From Fimicolochytrium jonesii (taxonomy: Eukaryota): a stretch of 64,000 nucleotides of DNA. The first letter of the stretch is position 1, and each line of letters begins with the position of its first letter. The DNA is taken from the NCBI RefSeq assembly GCF_025526975.1, contig NW_026515686.1:62001-126000 (forward strand), read 5' to 3'. Positions 51,400 through 63,260 of the stretch are shown in pieces. The notes below the pieces were generated by a model, which saw only the letters and a program-made list of their open reading frames with translations, searched no databases and was not told the origin of the DNA. The position numbers were made by a program, and so were the translations under genes.

Positions 51400-54300
51400 A
51401 TGTTCACACCCTCACGCACCAGGCATATCCCTGCCAAATCCCCAGGTATGGCAGGCTTACCCGCTTATGTCATTTCCGCTCCCTCCCTCGCTCGCTGGTG
51501 AGGTATTGACGTCATGACACTGACTGGGGATTCTTTCTCGAATGGGGTTTTGCAGAACAGCGGTTTGGCGACAGGGGTGCGGAGGAGAGGAATGTGCGCG
51601 GGTTTGATGGAGGGCAGTTGGTTGGGGGGCGCTCATGTATGTTTTTTGGGTGGTGTTTGGAGGGGTGTGGATGAGAGGGGATGAGGAGGGCATTGCAGGA
51701 AGGGATTGTCGGGACGGAAGGGGAGGGCCAGTTGGTCGCAAGAGAGGAGGAAGAGATGTGAGGAGAACGGTCTTGGATAGAGGGCGGTGTCGACGATGGA
51801 ATAGGATATGCACCTCCCACACCCGTGCAGGATGACCGAGTTGCCATCAGCATCACTCACCCCCTCCTCAACCGATAGCACGTAAACCGACCCACCACCC
51901 TTCGCCATTCAGAGAGACGCGGCGGGTAGGTCTTACACCGGGGGATGGGGTATCCAAATGGGAATGGGGTTATTGACGGTTTGCTTGATCAGACGAGGGA
52001 CGAGACGGGTGAATTATTGCGGAAATCGATGTTGAGGGATTCACAGGTATGTCCTCGTGTTTTGCGTTATGTTGATGTGAAAAGGGATGTGCACCAACAT
52101 CCCAATTCTGGTTCCCGTAGAGCATCATGCAAACGAAAGACGGTAATCATCCCCATCCCATGACCACTCCGTTGCGACAACCCCCAACCTAACAGTGATG
52201 CGGCGAACAGGCCAACAATATATCCTAACCGACGCAGTAGACGATTTCGCGCACCTGTGGATGGACGGCGGGTGGGCGGGCACACGCGCGTTTGGCGAGG
52301 GCGAAGTCCTGGAACGGTGTGTCGAGTTTTGTCGGGAGAAGTATGTACGTCAATCCCGTGGTCCGTCCCTTCTTTGTGCTGACGATTTAATGATCCGTTA
52401 GGGCAGACGCACTGGAAGAAGCTAAACTCGTCTCCCCCTCCCACTTCACTGCCTCCCACGCCACCGAGCTCTCCCGCTGGACACTGGAAGCCAACACATG
52501 GGCGATAGTCCAGGTTCTCGTCGGGTAAGGGGCCGTGAACAATAAAAACGTTCAGACTGTTATCCCGGACTGACTTCTTTTGGTGTAGGAAACGCGCGAT
52601 GAAAGATACAATGGGTGACGGGCGGGTCGTGGCAGGCGATTGGCTAAGCGACCGAGCCATCCAAGAGAAATTCCACGACGCCGCATTCGACGAACTCCTT
52701 GTAAGCCGTCCCCCCCTCCCACAATTTCCACACCACCCTAACATCCCCGATCTTCCCTCCAGATCGTCCGCGAATGGCTCGAAAATACAGCACCACCCTT
52801 TGAGCCCGTCGAGACAAGACCGGGGTACTGGCCAGCTACTACGAAGAGGATCCATGAACAGGCGCTTGGGCGCGGGGGGAAAGGCGGGGATGAGGGCGTG
52901 GTTACGGAGGCGGACCCGGATGCGCCGATGAGGCAGGGGAGGGGGTTGGCGGGAGAGGATGCGGTAGGTTTGCTTTTCTTGTCGAGTACCACGCCACGAA
53001 CTTTGTATTGCCGCTCACTCGCTAACGCGTCTGGTATGATGGTATGATGACATGCAGACGTACGAAACGAACCTGCACCGCACGGCCTTCGAGTACATCC
53101 GCCGCGGGCAGCTGGACAAAGTATTTGACCTGTACAACATGTGCGACCAGCCATGGCGGACGGCGAGTTTAAGTGGCGGGGACTTGTGGAGTGATCCTGA
53201 AATTGGTCAGTTCTGCGGGATTGTGCACCATTTGTTTGGAGAATTGCCTGTTGACGTGGTATGAATTTCCAAGATCAAACGGACGAAGAGCAACGCGGCA
53301 CCCAGAACCGCGACCTATGGAAAGCCATCTGTCACGAAATCGCGTCCAACGAGCAGTGTGACATGCACGAGCGGGCCATTTACGCTGCCTTGATCGGGGA
53401 TGTCGAAAACGTGCGTCATAAACAGCCCTCTTTCCTTCCCTTCCGTCCGCATCTTTAACATTCCCGATATCATTCAGGTAACACCCGTCTGCACCCACTG
53501 GGAAGACCACCTCTGGTCCCACTACCTCGCCCTCATCCAAGCCTGCATCGACAAGAACCTGCGCGCAGTGCCCATCGCCTACCCCCCTACATCCCGCGTC
53601 GATATCGCCCTCACAACCCCCGCCCTCGAACCCGCCGAGATCTTTGAAACGATCGAAAAAGGAGACAACAAGTACCTCCGTCGCGCCGCGGCCGACCCGT
53701 TCAGGATCGCTCAGAAGGCCGTGATTTTGGGGGATGTAGGCGGGTTGGTCGCGGATATTGCGGGGAAATGGAAGTTGGCCGGGAAAAGTGACGGGGCGAA
53801 GAAACAGATGGACCCGCATTTCCTGCGATTTATCGCGCACCTCCTCTTGCTCCTCCAAGACCTCGACATCCCCACCGCTCTCCCCGCGTCGTCCGCCGCA
53901 ACACTGCTAAAAGAGTACATACAGCTCCTCATCAACGCACGCAAAAACGACCTCATCGCATTCTACACCTCCTTCCTCCCCTCCCCGGACGCCCTCGAGA
54001 TCTACGCCACGTTCCTGCAGACCGTCATCGAAGACGAGAACGCGACCGAGTATCTCCAGCTTGCCAAACGGTACGGCCTGGATACACCCGCGATCGCCCG
54101 TCGCGCGGTGCACATGTGTCTCTCGACCGGCGTCCTCGCCCTGCAAATCGACACCATCGACCCGAAGGCGTTCCTCCGCGCGCAAGTCAACGAAGCACCC
54201 ACTGCGGTGGAGACGCGGCAGATTGTGGCGTTGAGGTTGTTGTTGGATGATCAGAGTTTGTGGGAAGACGCGTTGTGGTTTATCAATCTGTTGATGAGAC

Positions 54301-55380
54301 GGTTTCTGTGTGTGGGGAGGATAAATTCCGCGGGGGCTGTTAGGGGGTACTTGATGATGATGTTTGGGAAGGAGGATTATTTGAGTGAGTTTGTTAGGCC
54401 GGGGTGGTTACGGGGTGCGTATGGAGATGGGGTCGGAGATACAAGGGGTGAGGGAGAGGAAGGGGTGGAGAGGGAGATGGGCGACGCGGTCCGTGAGCAT
54501 ATCGATTACTGCACGTTTGTGGTTGCGATGGAGCAGTATGCTGTTTGGTTGGGGGTCTGGTATCGGAGGCCTGACGAGGGAAGGTGCGTTGGACGCTCTT
54601 TCTGTTTCTTGATTGGATGGAGGTTTCGTATCTCACCCTTTTTTCCTTTTTGTTGCAGGATCGCGTTCAGCAGCGGCGAACATAAGTCGATTGAGTATAA
54701 GCAGTGGGAGCATGACGTCAAGGTAAAGCGCGCGCCTCCTCCCTTACACCCCCCATATACGCGGAAACCGAACCATGAACCATGCTCTCCACACAATAAT
54801 TTCTCCGTAGATGCGAACAACCTCCGCCGCGCAAGCCTTCGAGCTCGCCCTCGACGGCAGCTGGCTGATGCCGCGCGACGACTCCGAATCCGAATTCGAA
54901 ATGCGTGATACCGACGGTAAACGTTCACCCCCCCCTTTTATCTCCCGTCCCCACTGTAAATCATCCCCCTGCTTGGCCCCCCCAATATTAACTCGGACTG
55001 TCGTTTTTGTTTGCCGTAGACGCACGCCCCCCGACGCAAAGAGATATCGAACACGCCCTCCTGCGCGACCTCTACATCCCGCAGATGATCGTGTCGCTGC
55101 ATAACATGTACTTTGAGACAAGGGAGGTCGTGCCGGGGTACGTATCCCATCCCTCCCCCCAATTCATTCCCCCATTCAGGCTAATCATCTCACACTGACT
55201 TTCGAACGCATATGCAGAAACTACAAGAAAGCTCAGGAGCTCGCACTGCGCTTGCAAGACATCGACGACCGGAGTCGGGTCGCGGGAACCGGGGGGGAGG
55301 GTACGAGCCGGATGGACGCGTTTTTGGAGAGCATGCGGGAGAGTGCTGTTGGGGAGTTGCGGAGGAGTGTTCGGCGGTGA
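51400..55380 (+). CDS. NUP84: Nucleoporin Nup84/Nup107; many exons, 5' end uncertain
   Basis: 'WKLEANTW', 'IVREWLE', 'DPDAPMRQ', 'FEYIRRGQL......CDQPWRTASLSGG', 'NRDLWKA', 'HERAIYAAL.G', 'WEDHLW', 'LRFIAHL', 'LIAFY', 'LRDLYIPQ'. Confidence 0.88.
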
Positions 55381-55846
55381 TGAGTTGGTTGCGGGAAGAG
55401 AGACGAGGAGTTAAAGAAGATGGGGGCGTTCTTCTTGAGAATCGGTTGTAGAGGTGTGTTGAAACAGGCGGCGTAGAAACGCAATGGTGTGGGAATGAAT
55501 GGATGGATGTACAGTACATACGCCCGTATAACTTGTTCGGTGCGCGAGACCCTTGTATCGCAAAGCTACTATGAAAATACAAAGATACATACTCGCGTTG
55601 ACATAACGGCCTTGCGAAAGACGATGCCAGTCCCCAACCTAAACGCTCACTCGCGAACAACACACCACAACGCGGAAACACAACCCGAACGCCAAGAAAA
55701 CGGGGAAACGCAGATTCATAATCAAATTTGGGGCGCACGCACGAAGCAGGAAGAAAAAGCAAGATACAAAAAAACCACAAAAACTTGGGGTGTGGAAGAG
55801 AGGTGGGAGAAACGGAAAAGGTGGGGGTATCGCGCGCGGTACCGGT

Positions 55847-58122
55847 TTAGTAGCCGAATCGGTCGGGGTAGAGGTACGGCCCCACCAACGTCCATCTACA
55901 CAAAAACTCGCAATTTAGACCCCCTGAACAGATGCCGTGACAAAACTCCAGGAGAGAAACCGAAAACATACCCATAGAGCCCAATGACAAGCCACCCGCT
56001 GACAATCTTCACCCACACCGCGCCCATGCTCTTCCCGACGACGGCGATCCCGTCTGTTTTGTCTACGTAGTTCCACTATCGAGAAAGAGTTTCAGTCAGT
56101 TCATCAGTAATCAGCGCCTTCCCCCTTCCCCCCGAGCAAAAAACGACATTCCGAACTTTGCAAAACCCGGAGGCTCCCGCAAATTGGGGCGATGCTCGCC
56201 AAGCTCGCAGATACTCACGGCAGTCATCAGCATCGCCAGGTACATAGAAGCCAGCGCGAAGATGGCGTGGAAGAACGCATAGCTGTATTGCACGCCATCC
56301 TTCTCATCATCTTTCGGTGGTCCAAAGGACGAATCCTCCCCATCCTCCCCCTCATCATCATCATACAACGCACTCGAAGGCAACGCCCCACTCTCCACCG
56401 CCGACCTCACATGCGACGACCGCGACGATCCTTGGTGGTCGTTGATGAGCGGGAGGGTAGATTCGTCCCCGGCGGAGGTGGATAGGATCTCACCCCGGGT
56501 GGCTGCACGCGTGGTGGAGTATGCGAGCGCGATGAAGGTGAACACCGTCCCCATGACAAGGGTGGTGGTCTGGGTTTTCTCGCTCCCGTTCGTCGGGTTG
56601 CATACGTTGTCGTGTTCAACATCCACCGGTTCAGAGACGATCGCACTCGCGACCAAATACGTCGCGTAGATCGCGACCATCGACGCCTGCGCGAGGCCGT
56701 TCTTAGGGTTGGCGTCTTGGATTGCCGGGGTTATTGAGAGGAGGGAGGTTAGGGAGATGAGGATGAGGTTGAAGGAGATGAAGAATTGGTTGAGTTTGCA
56801 GGGTGGCGGGGCGAAGTATATGTAGAGGGTTATGGTGAGGGCGAGGGAGGCGAGGAAGGAGAGGAAGGTGGTAGTGAGGAGGAGGGTCAGGTAGCGTTTG
56901 TCGGAGTGTTGTTCCCATTTTTCTGTAAATCGAATCGAAAGAGGGGGATGAGTACTGACACTAAATGTAGAACACTGGAGGGAAGGAGAGGGGCACCCAC
57001 CAATCAAAGCCTCACTAAAAGTATACGCGAAATCAATCAACAGTACGACCTGCAACAGGATAAACACGAACGCTCCCGGCATGTCGACCCATTTGCCGAT
57101 AAACATGAAGTACTCGTTGGGCATGAAGAAGTGCAGCACGACGACGGCGGCCCAGGCGAGGAATTTCCAGGCCCAGAACCCGTTTTGGATTCCGGAGCGG
57201 AAATCGCGGCTGCTGCGGACGTTGTACATTAGGCAGCTTAGGAGGATGTGCTGGGGGGTGGGGGGGTGGCGTGTGAGTTGGTGCTCAGATAGGCTGCACT
57301 ACTAAGGACATTGAAAGGCTTCCCTTCCCACTCCCTCCTTCTGATACATACGAAAACGGTAGTCGCAAAACAGATCCGATAGACCGCGAGATTCCCATAA
57401 CAGTCGCCCTGCGGACACTCCATCTTCAAGTATCCATGCGATATATCTTCCAGTTTCTTCTCCGCCCAGTCTGATTGCATGATCTTTGGGAGTGAGGGAG
57501 AGTAAATGAGTTGAATCTTCAGCGGGGGCGACTGCCGATGTTCTCGCAGAACGATATCCAGGGATGTGGAGCGGTGGGTCTTTAGAGCTACGCAATGCAT
57601 GGTTGACAGAGATCGTGCTCGCTTCGCTCGCGCCCAACATCGTATTGCGGGTTCGCTAGCTTTCGCGATGGCAAACTCAGCCCGCCTTACGCTCGCCATC
57701 CACCTGCATGCTTGCGCCTCTCTGTGGCTGGCATTCGGTATGCCAGCAAAAACCACCGAACCATCGTCCCGTCTCGCTCCCAGTCACGTTCCCCATAGTC
57801 CCTCGCGCCTTCGGCTGCTCTCCCTCCCTGCCGCTTTCATTCACTGATCGTTCATTCATCCCTTTCCCAGCTGCCCTGTTTTCCTCCACATACCCAAGAA
57901 AGGATAGCCGTCACGACAAACATGGAAGCATACCCGACACGGGTCGCCGTTGAACTGGACAAAAAACAACGCATAGATTATGAGTGTCAAGGGCTCCCTT
58001 GTAAACAGACGATAGTTGTGTGCGCACCTCCTAGAGCCGCATATCTTGCAGAAGCAGTTACAGGCGGTCTTTCCGAAGCAGCAGGCGGCCTCTGTTGCGA
58101 TGCAGCCGAGGATGTTTCCCAT
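55847..58122 (-). CDS. TMS1: Serine incorporator (SERINC/TMS1) membrane protein; spliced
   Basis: Cys-rich N-terminus 'MGNILGC...CCFG..AC.CFC', 'CYGNLAVYRICFA', 'RSGIQNGFWAWKF', 'LIDFAY', 'NPKNGLAQAS', 'YSYAFFHAIF.LAS.Y.AM', end 'GPYLYPDRFGY*'. Confidence 0.95.
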
Positions 58123-58278
58123 CGCGACAGGTTAGGTGGGGGGGGAGGGTGTTGAGAGGGTTGTTGGGGCAGTTGTTGCTGTGCGTTGGAAAGGAGTGGG
58201 TGGGGAGTGACAAACAGCGTGGGGAAATTCATTCATTCCCAGAGGACAAAAAGACCCTCCTCCGCACACCCCCCGCCC

Positions 58279-58289
58279 GGATTCGAACC
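58279..58289 (-). promoter_or_regulatory. Isolated perfect Pol III B box (GGTTCGAATCC), possible ETC site or tRNA relic
   Basis: Context GGCGCAGGTTCGAATCC resembles a Ser/Leu tRNA T-arm and a T5 run follows about 25 nt downstream, but no cloverleaf can be folded. Confidence 0.5.
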
Positions 58290-58733
58290 TGCGCCATCCG
58301 CGGCCATCTAACGGCGTAACCTTCTACATGGCGGCCTTACATACTGTACATTCTTCAAACGGCACTCTATATGCTTCGCATTGACTTATCCCGTTCTATG
58401 AGCGTAGGCCGCGTGGCCGGGGGGAGCGGCGTGGTCTCGCTCGTAAGAAGGTCCTAGTTGTATGTGCACTAGGCGGGGGCAGGGCAACGTCCATATCCAT
58501 ATCCCATATCCGTGTTTCCCAGTTGACCAGCGATACCCACTCCTTCATAGTTGAGGTATGCGTGATGTGCACTGAAGACGGGGAGGTGCGTGTCGTTTGC
58601 TGTGTGATGTCTGATCACGTCCCTGACAAAGCGCCCTCCCCTGCATCCCGCCTCCGTTCGCGCATCTGGGGCAGGTAGGAGGCTGGAGTCTCGGAGCGGG
58701 GTGAGGGTTACTCCGGGGCGAGAACGCATTCGT

Positions 58734-60209
58734 TCAAGACCATTGGAAGTTATCCTTGCTCGTCTTCCCCGTAAGCCGAAGATGCGTGCCCAACGGCGTC
58801 TCGATGCTTGAAAAACGAAAATATAAAAAGTTATGATCCACCACAAACATAAAACGATCTCTCCGCGAAATACATACCTCTCCAGCACCCCCCTCCCCAC
58901 CAAATCCCCCACCACCGCCCGCACGGGCAACCCACACCCCCTCAACTCCCTCTTCTCCACCTCGCTCCTCCTAACCCCCGCCTTTTGCCCTTTCCCCGCG
59001 CCAGCCCTCCCAATAACCCTGCACAGCTCCTTCCGTCCCCGACACAAGTCCGCCCAGTACCGCCCGGCGTTGGGCACGGATACCCAGTATGTGTCAACGT
59101 CTTTGAGGGTTAGGAGGCCCGAGGAGAAGAGGAGGCGGAGTTCGGCTGGGGTGCAGGAAAGGGAGGTGGTGAGGGAGGCGGTAGTGAGGAACAGGGGGGT
59201 TGAGGGCATGGAGAGGTGGGAGAGGAAGAGGTCGAAGAGGGTTGGGCGGATGGTGGAGTTTGCCGAGTCCGATGGTGAGGGCGTTGTGGATTGAGGTTGA
59301 GGTGGTGGGGGTGTGGCCCCGGGGGTTCGGGATGTGCTGGGTGGTGGTGGTGGTGTGGCGCCCGTGTTGGGTCGTTTGGACGGGGAGGGTGATTCCTCGC
59401 TCGTTCCATCGCCGCAGTCGCGAGTAGTACCACCGCCACCGTCCCGAAACCGGCGTTTATGCTGCCCACTCAAGTCTTTGATGATATCGGCGTAGTCGCA
59501 CATCAGCATCAGGCACGTTTCGCCGCCGGTGCCGACTTGGAATTTGCGGAGAGTGCCGACACGGCATAGTTGGGCCTAACAACAAAGGACGAAAACGGCG
59601 ACATGTCAGTCATTGTATCCCATTGACGATGCATAGTTTAACGAGAGGATGTCCTGGATGGAAACGATACCCTGCTCGCTCCGCCCTCGCGACGAGCGTG
59701 CTGGGCTGCGGTGCTTCGCTCGCATGCAATCCTACGCTCGCGAAGCCTTGCACGCTTCCATCGCGACCCAGCCCCAAGCAACCCAGCTCCTCCTTTCGCT
59801 CACCCCATCTCCCCCCCCCTCTCATAATCCATCTCAGTCCTCCCCCAACACTCCCTCCACCAAAAACACCTACAATATCGCGATCCACATCCTTATCGCC
59901 CACACTCGCATACACCTGGCTAACCAACACCAACGGCGGCACATTCACCGGCACCCATCCCCTAATCTCCACCAACGCCTGCAACACCGTCTTCGCCGTA
60001 TCCCTCCGTGTTGGCTCAATAAGTGCCGGCGGGGCTGAGACGGTCCGTCGGAGGCCGATATGTGCGGGTGGGGCATCACGGGTGTGGGGGAGTGAGGTGG
60101 AGGATTCGGCGATGAGGAGGTCGGCGATGGCGGGGTTGGCAAGGGCGGACCAGGTTGGGGTGTCGCAGCGGGTGCGTTTTTTGCTTTTGAATGGGAGTGG
60201 GGGGTTCAT
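58734..60209 (-). CDS. STK19: STK19/WHR1-like tandem winged-helix protein; spliced
   Basis: 'PPLVLVSQVYA....VDRDI|..LCRVGTLRKF', 'LFSSGLLT...DTYWVSVPNAGRY...L..GRKEL', 'DLVGRGVLE|..TPLG.HLRL'. Confidence 0.82.
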
Positions 60210-60737
60210 GCGGTGACTTGAAGAGTGTGCTTTGAAATGCGAGCGGGGAGGAAAGGCGTTTTTTTGTACCGAGGAGTGAAGATCGAAGTAAGAGGATTTG
60301 AGCGGCGAGTGGAAAAGGAAAGAGGGTTAGGAGGGCTGGCGGGTCTGTGATGAGGGTGCTGTTGGCGGGGAGGGTGCAACTAGCAACTTAGCAAGGACGA
60401 AGGCGGACCCTCGTTCGACGCGCGAGAGAGTGAGGGCGAGGTGTGAAATGCAATGCGCGGCGCGTCGCTGATGACTCCCCCCTGCCGGCTGCAAACAACA
60501 CCATCCACGGGCTTCTACCTCCTCACTGCCCCCTTGAGAACCTCTGTAGATGAACGCAACATAGAATACGCAGGGTACAAGAATGGATGGAGAAAGGGGG
60601 ATATGGGATAACCCGATCGAGTGAAGCTGGTTCTTTTTCGAGCAAAACAGAAGATATGATGTGTGGATTAGAGGTGAAGAAAGGAGGAGGAGGGGGATCA
60701 TCTGTAGATATCTTTCCACAAGGCAGGGGGTGGGAGT

Positions 60738-62955
60738 TCACCATTCGTCGTCGTCGTCTTCTTCCTCCGAATCTACAAACAAAAGTTTCCAAAAGAAAAC
60801 AACGTATCAGTATACCACATACGAAACCCACCCTCCTTCTCACCCTCCTTCTGCCCCCAAAACACAAAAACACCTACCGCTCCCAGCAACATCATTCCGC
60901 CTATTCATCATCGCGTTCCTCAACGCCGCCGCGATATCATCCGTGTTGCTCGCCGCTGCCGGTGGCGCTGGGCGGGGCGATTCCGACGCGGAGGCTTGCT
61001 TGAGCGCGCCGAGGCCGCCAAAGCCGCGGATGGATGCGAGGAGGTCTACGGGCGGTGCTGCGCCGCCCTGGGCGACGGGCGCGCGGGGTGGGGCGGGTGG
61101 GGGTGGTGCGCCTCCAGAGTCGGTGTTGCCGCCTCGGGGAGGTGTGGGTGGCGGTGGGACTCCGGCTCCTGCGGGCGGGGGTGGCGGGGGAGGTGGAGGT
61201 GCGCCTCCGGATGCGGGCGGTGCGGGTTGTTGGCGTGGCGGGGCCGGCGGTGGGGGAGCTGTGGAGGTCGGGGGTTGGCGGATAGGTGGTTCGGGAGCGC
61301 CTCCGAAGCGGGGAGGTGGGGGTGGTGGAGGGGCGGTTGTTGGAGATGAGCGTTGGTTGGGGGCGGGTGGGGGTGGTTGGCGGCGAATGGGGGGTGGAGG
61401 TGGGGGCGCTTTTTTGCGGTCTGCGTTTTGGGAAGATATCGGGTGTAAGGCGATGAGATGGACGAGACTATAGGGACAGGGTTATGGGTAGAGAGCGATA
61501 CTCACCACCGGTGGCAGCCTGAATGGCTGGCGGAGCAGCAGGCACCTCCGGGGCAGGAGCCGGATGCACCAACGCCTCATTCTGCTTCATGAACTTTTTG
61601 ATGGCCTTTTTCTTTGATTGGTCGTTCAGATCTTCTTCGTTGATACCGGCTTTCGCAAAAATGGCCTTCCATTCCATCGGGATGTTCATGGCGGTAAACC
61701 CGGCATCCTTGCTATAGCCAACATGGGTAACATGCTCAAAACTGCCCTCAACAGGCCCAGAAATCATCGACTTATCAACCCCGCCCTTCTTCGTAGCCGA
61801 CTTGCTTTTCTTGCTCGTGCTAGAGCGTCCAAAGATGCTGGACCGTCCTTCGGATTTGCCCTTGAGAGAGTCTGTGCTTCCGCTGTGTACTAAGTTGGAG
61901 GGCTGGTGGGCGATCATTGCTATAAGAGAGATGGGGAGATTTGGTGAGTTGTTCACTGCGCGGGGGATGGAGGGTTTGGCTGCAACGGGTGCTTTACGTA
62001 CCAGGAGGAACGGCACTTTGCACGGCGACGGGCGCAGGTGCGGGCGGTGGTGGAGCACCGCCCATACCCATACCGCGAGGAGGTAACAGTCCCGGTCCAG
62101 CGGCGGGCGGCCTCGAGGGAGGCGCTGGTGCGGCAGCAGCAGGAGCAGCAGAAGCTGATTCTTTGCTCAAGAACGCGGAGTGAAAGTCGCCCGCTTCGTC
62201 TTCGTCTGCGAATGAGAGTCCAACTAGACCGTCCTGAAACCAAAGGTATGAGAGATACAGTGGGAAATACACCGCGAAGGAAGCAGACAAACTCACGGAT
62301 CCAATGAAACTGTGGAAGAACGGTCGGTCCTTTTGATACTTGACGTCGTCTGTCACATCTTGTTGCCACACGCTTCTGGCGGTCTAAAATGGAGAGGAAG
62401 GAGGGAGTGAGTAAGGATGATGGGCGATGAGTGACGCATGATGAACAAGCGTCGATCCATGATAAGCGATATCCTCCTCGGTCCCCTCGCGACAAGGATG
62501 CTGAGCAATCATGTGCACATGTGATGGAAGCGACCGTCCGCTGCCGCTCAGATGTACTGCTCGCTTCGCTCACCGCCGTCCGCATGCACGACTCCCCAAG
62601 CCACTCTCCCTCACACCCATCCACTAAATCCCACCCGCCTCTCAACCCCTTCCCAACCCCCCAAACATACATTCAAATCAACAAGCTGCAACGTAAACGC
62701 CGCCTTGTACCCGTTCCCCTTCGCCAGCACCAGCGCCCCAACGTTCCCTGAATAAGTCCAGTTGTTGTTGCGGGCATTGTAGATGCGGGCTGCTGTTGTT
62801 GACAAGACCTAGAATTGATACAACGACAGTGAGGCGACAAGGGTATGAGTAAGAGGGCGGTGGGTCAGATGGGGAAGTGGGATGGGTGCCTTTACCTGAC
62901 CGTTGACGGAGCGCCGGACGGTGTCTTCTTCTTCGGGGAGGATTGTCCCGGGCAT
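60738..62955 (-). CDS. WASP: WASP-family actin nucleation-promoting factor (WH1-CRIB-polyPro-WH2-C-A); spliced
   Basis: WH1 ('AARIY...WTYSG..GALVL', 'WQQD....YQKDRPFFHSF', 'GLSFADEDEA..F'), CRIB 'ISGPVEGSFEHVTHVG', polyproline, WH2 'DLLASIRG.GGL..LK', acidic end 'DDDDEW*'. Confidence 0.93.
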
Positions 62956-63260
62956 TGGAGTAGAGTTGAAGAGTGGGTGGCTGGCAGTGGGTTGAGGGAG
63001 TTGCTGATAGTTTGTGTGCAGGTGGGTTGCGTCCAGATTGCGGGGTGAAGTAGGGAGGGTGGGAATCTGGGCGGAATGGACGGGAGGGCCTTGGCGTCGC
63101 TTGGAGAAACGTCACCCCTTTCTGCGCTTTCTGGGCGGGCGGCAGCTAGCACCACCCCCTACTCCCGGTCTATCTTGTCTCCTATCCCACCCTATCAGCC
63201 CACCACTCTCACTATCGCATCGCTACCTGCCTCTTACCCAGCCTGTCCACCACGCAAAAG

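Noticed and set aside
58440..58745. RNase P/MRP-like 'AGAAGGTC' and C/D-box-like GTGATGT/CTGA pairs
   Set aside because: No complementary CR-V/P4 partner; the C/D boxes are spaced too closely for a snoRNA.
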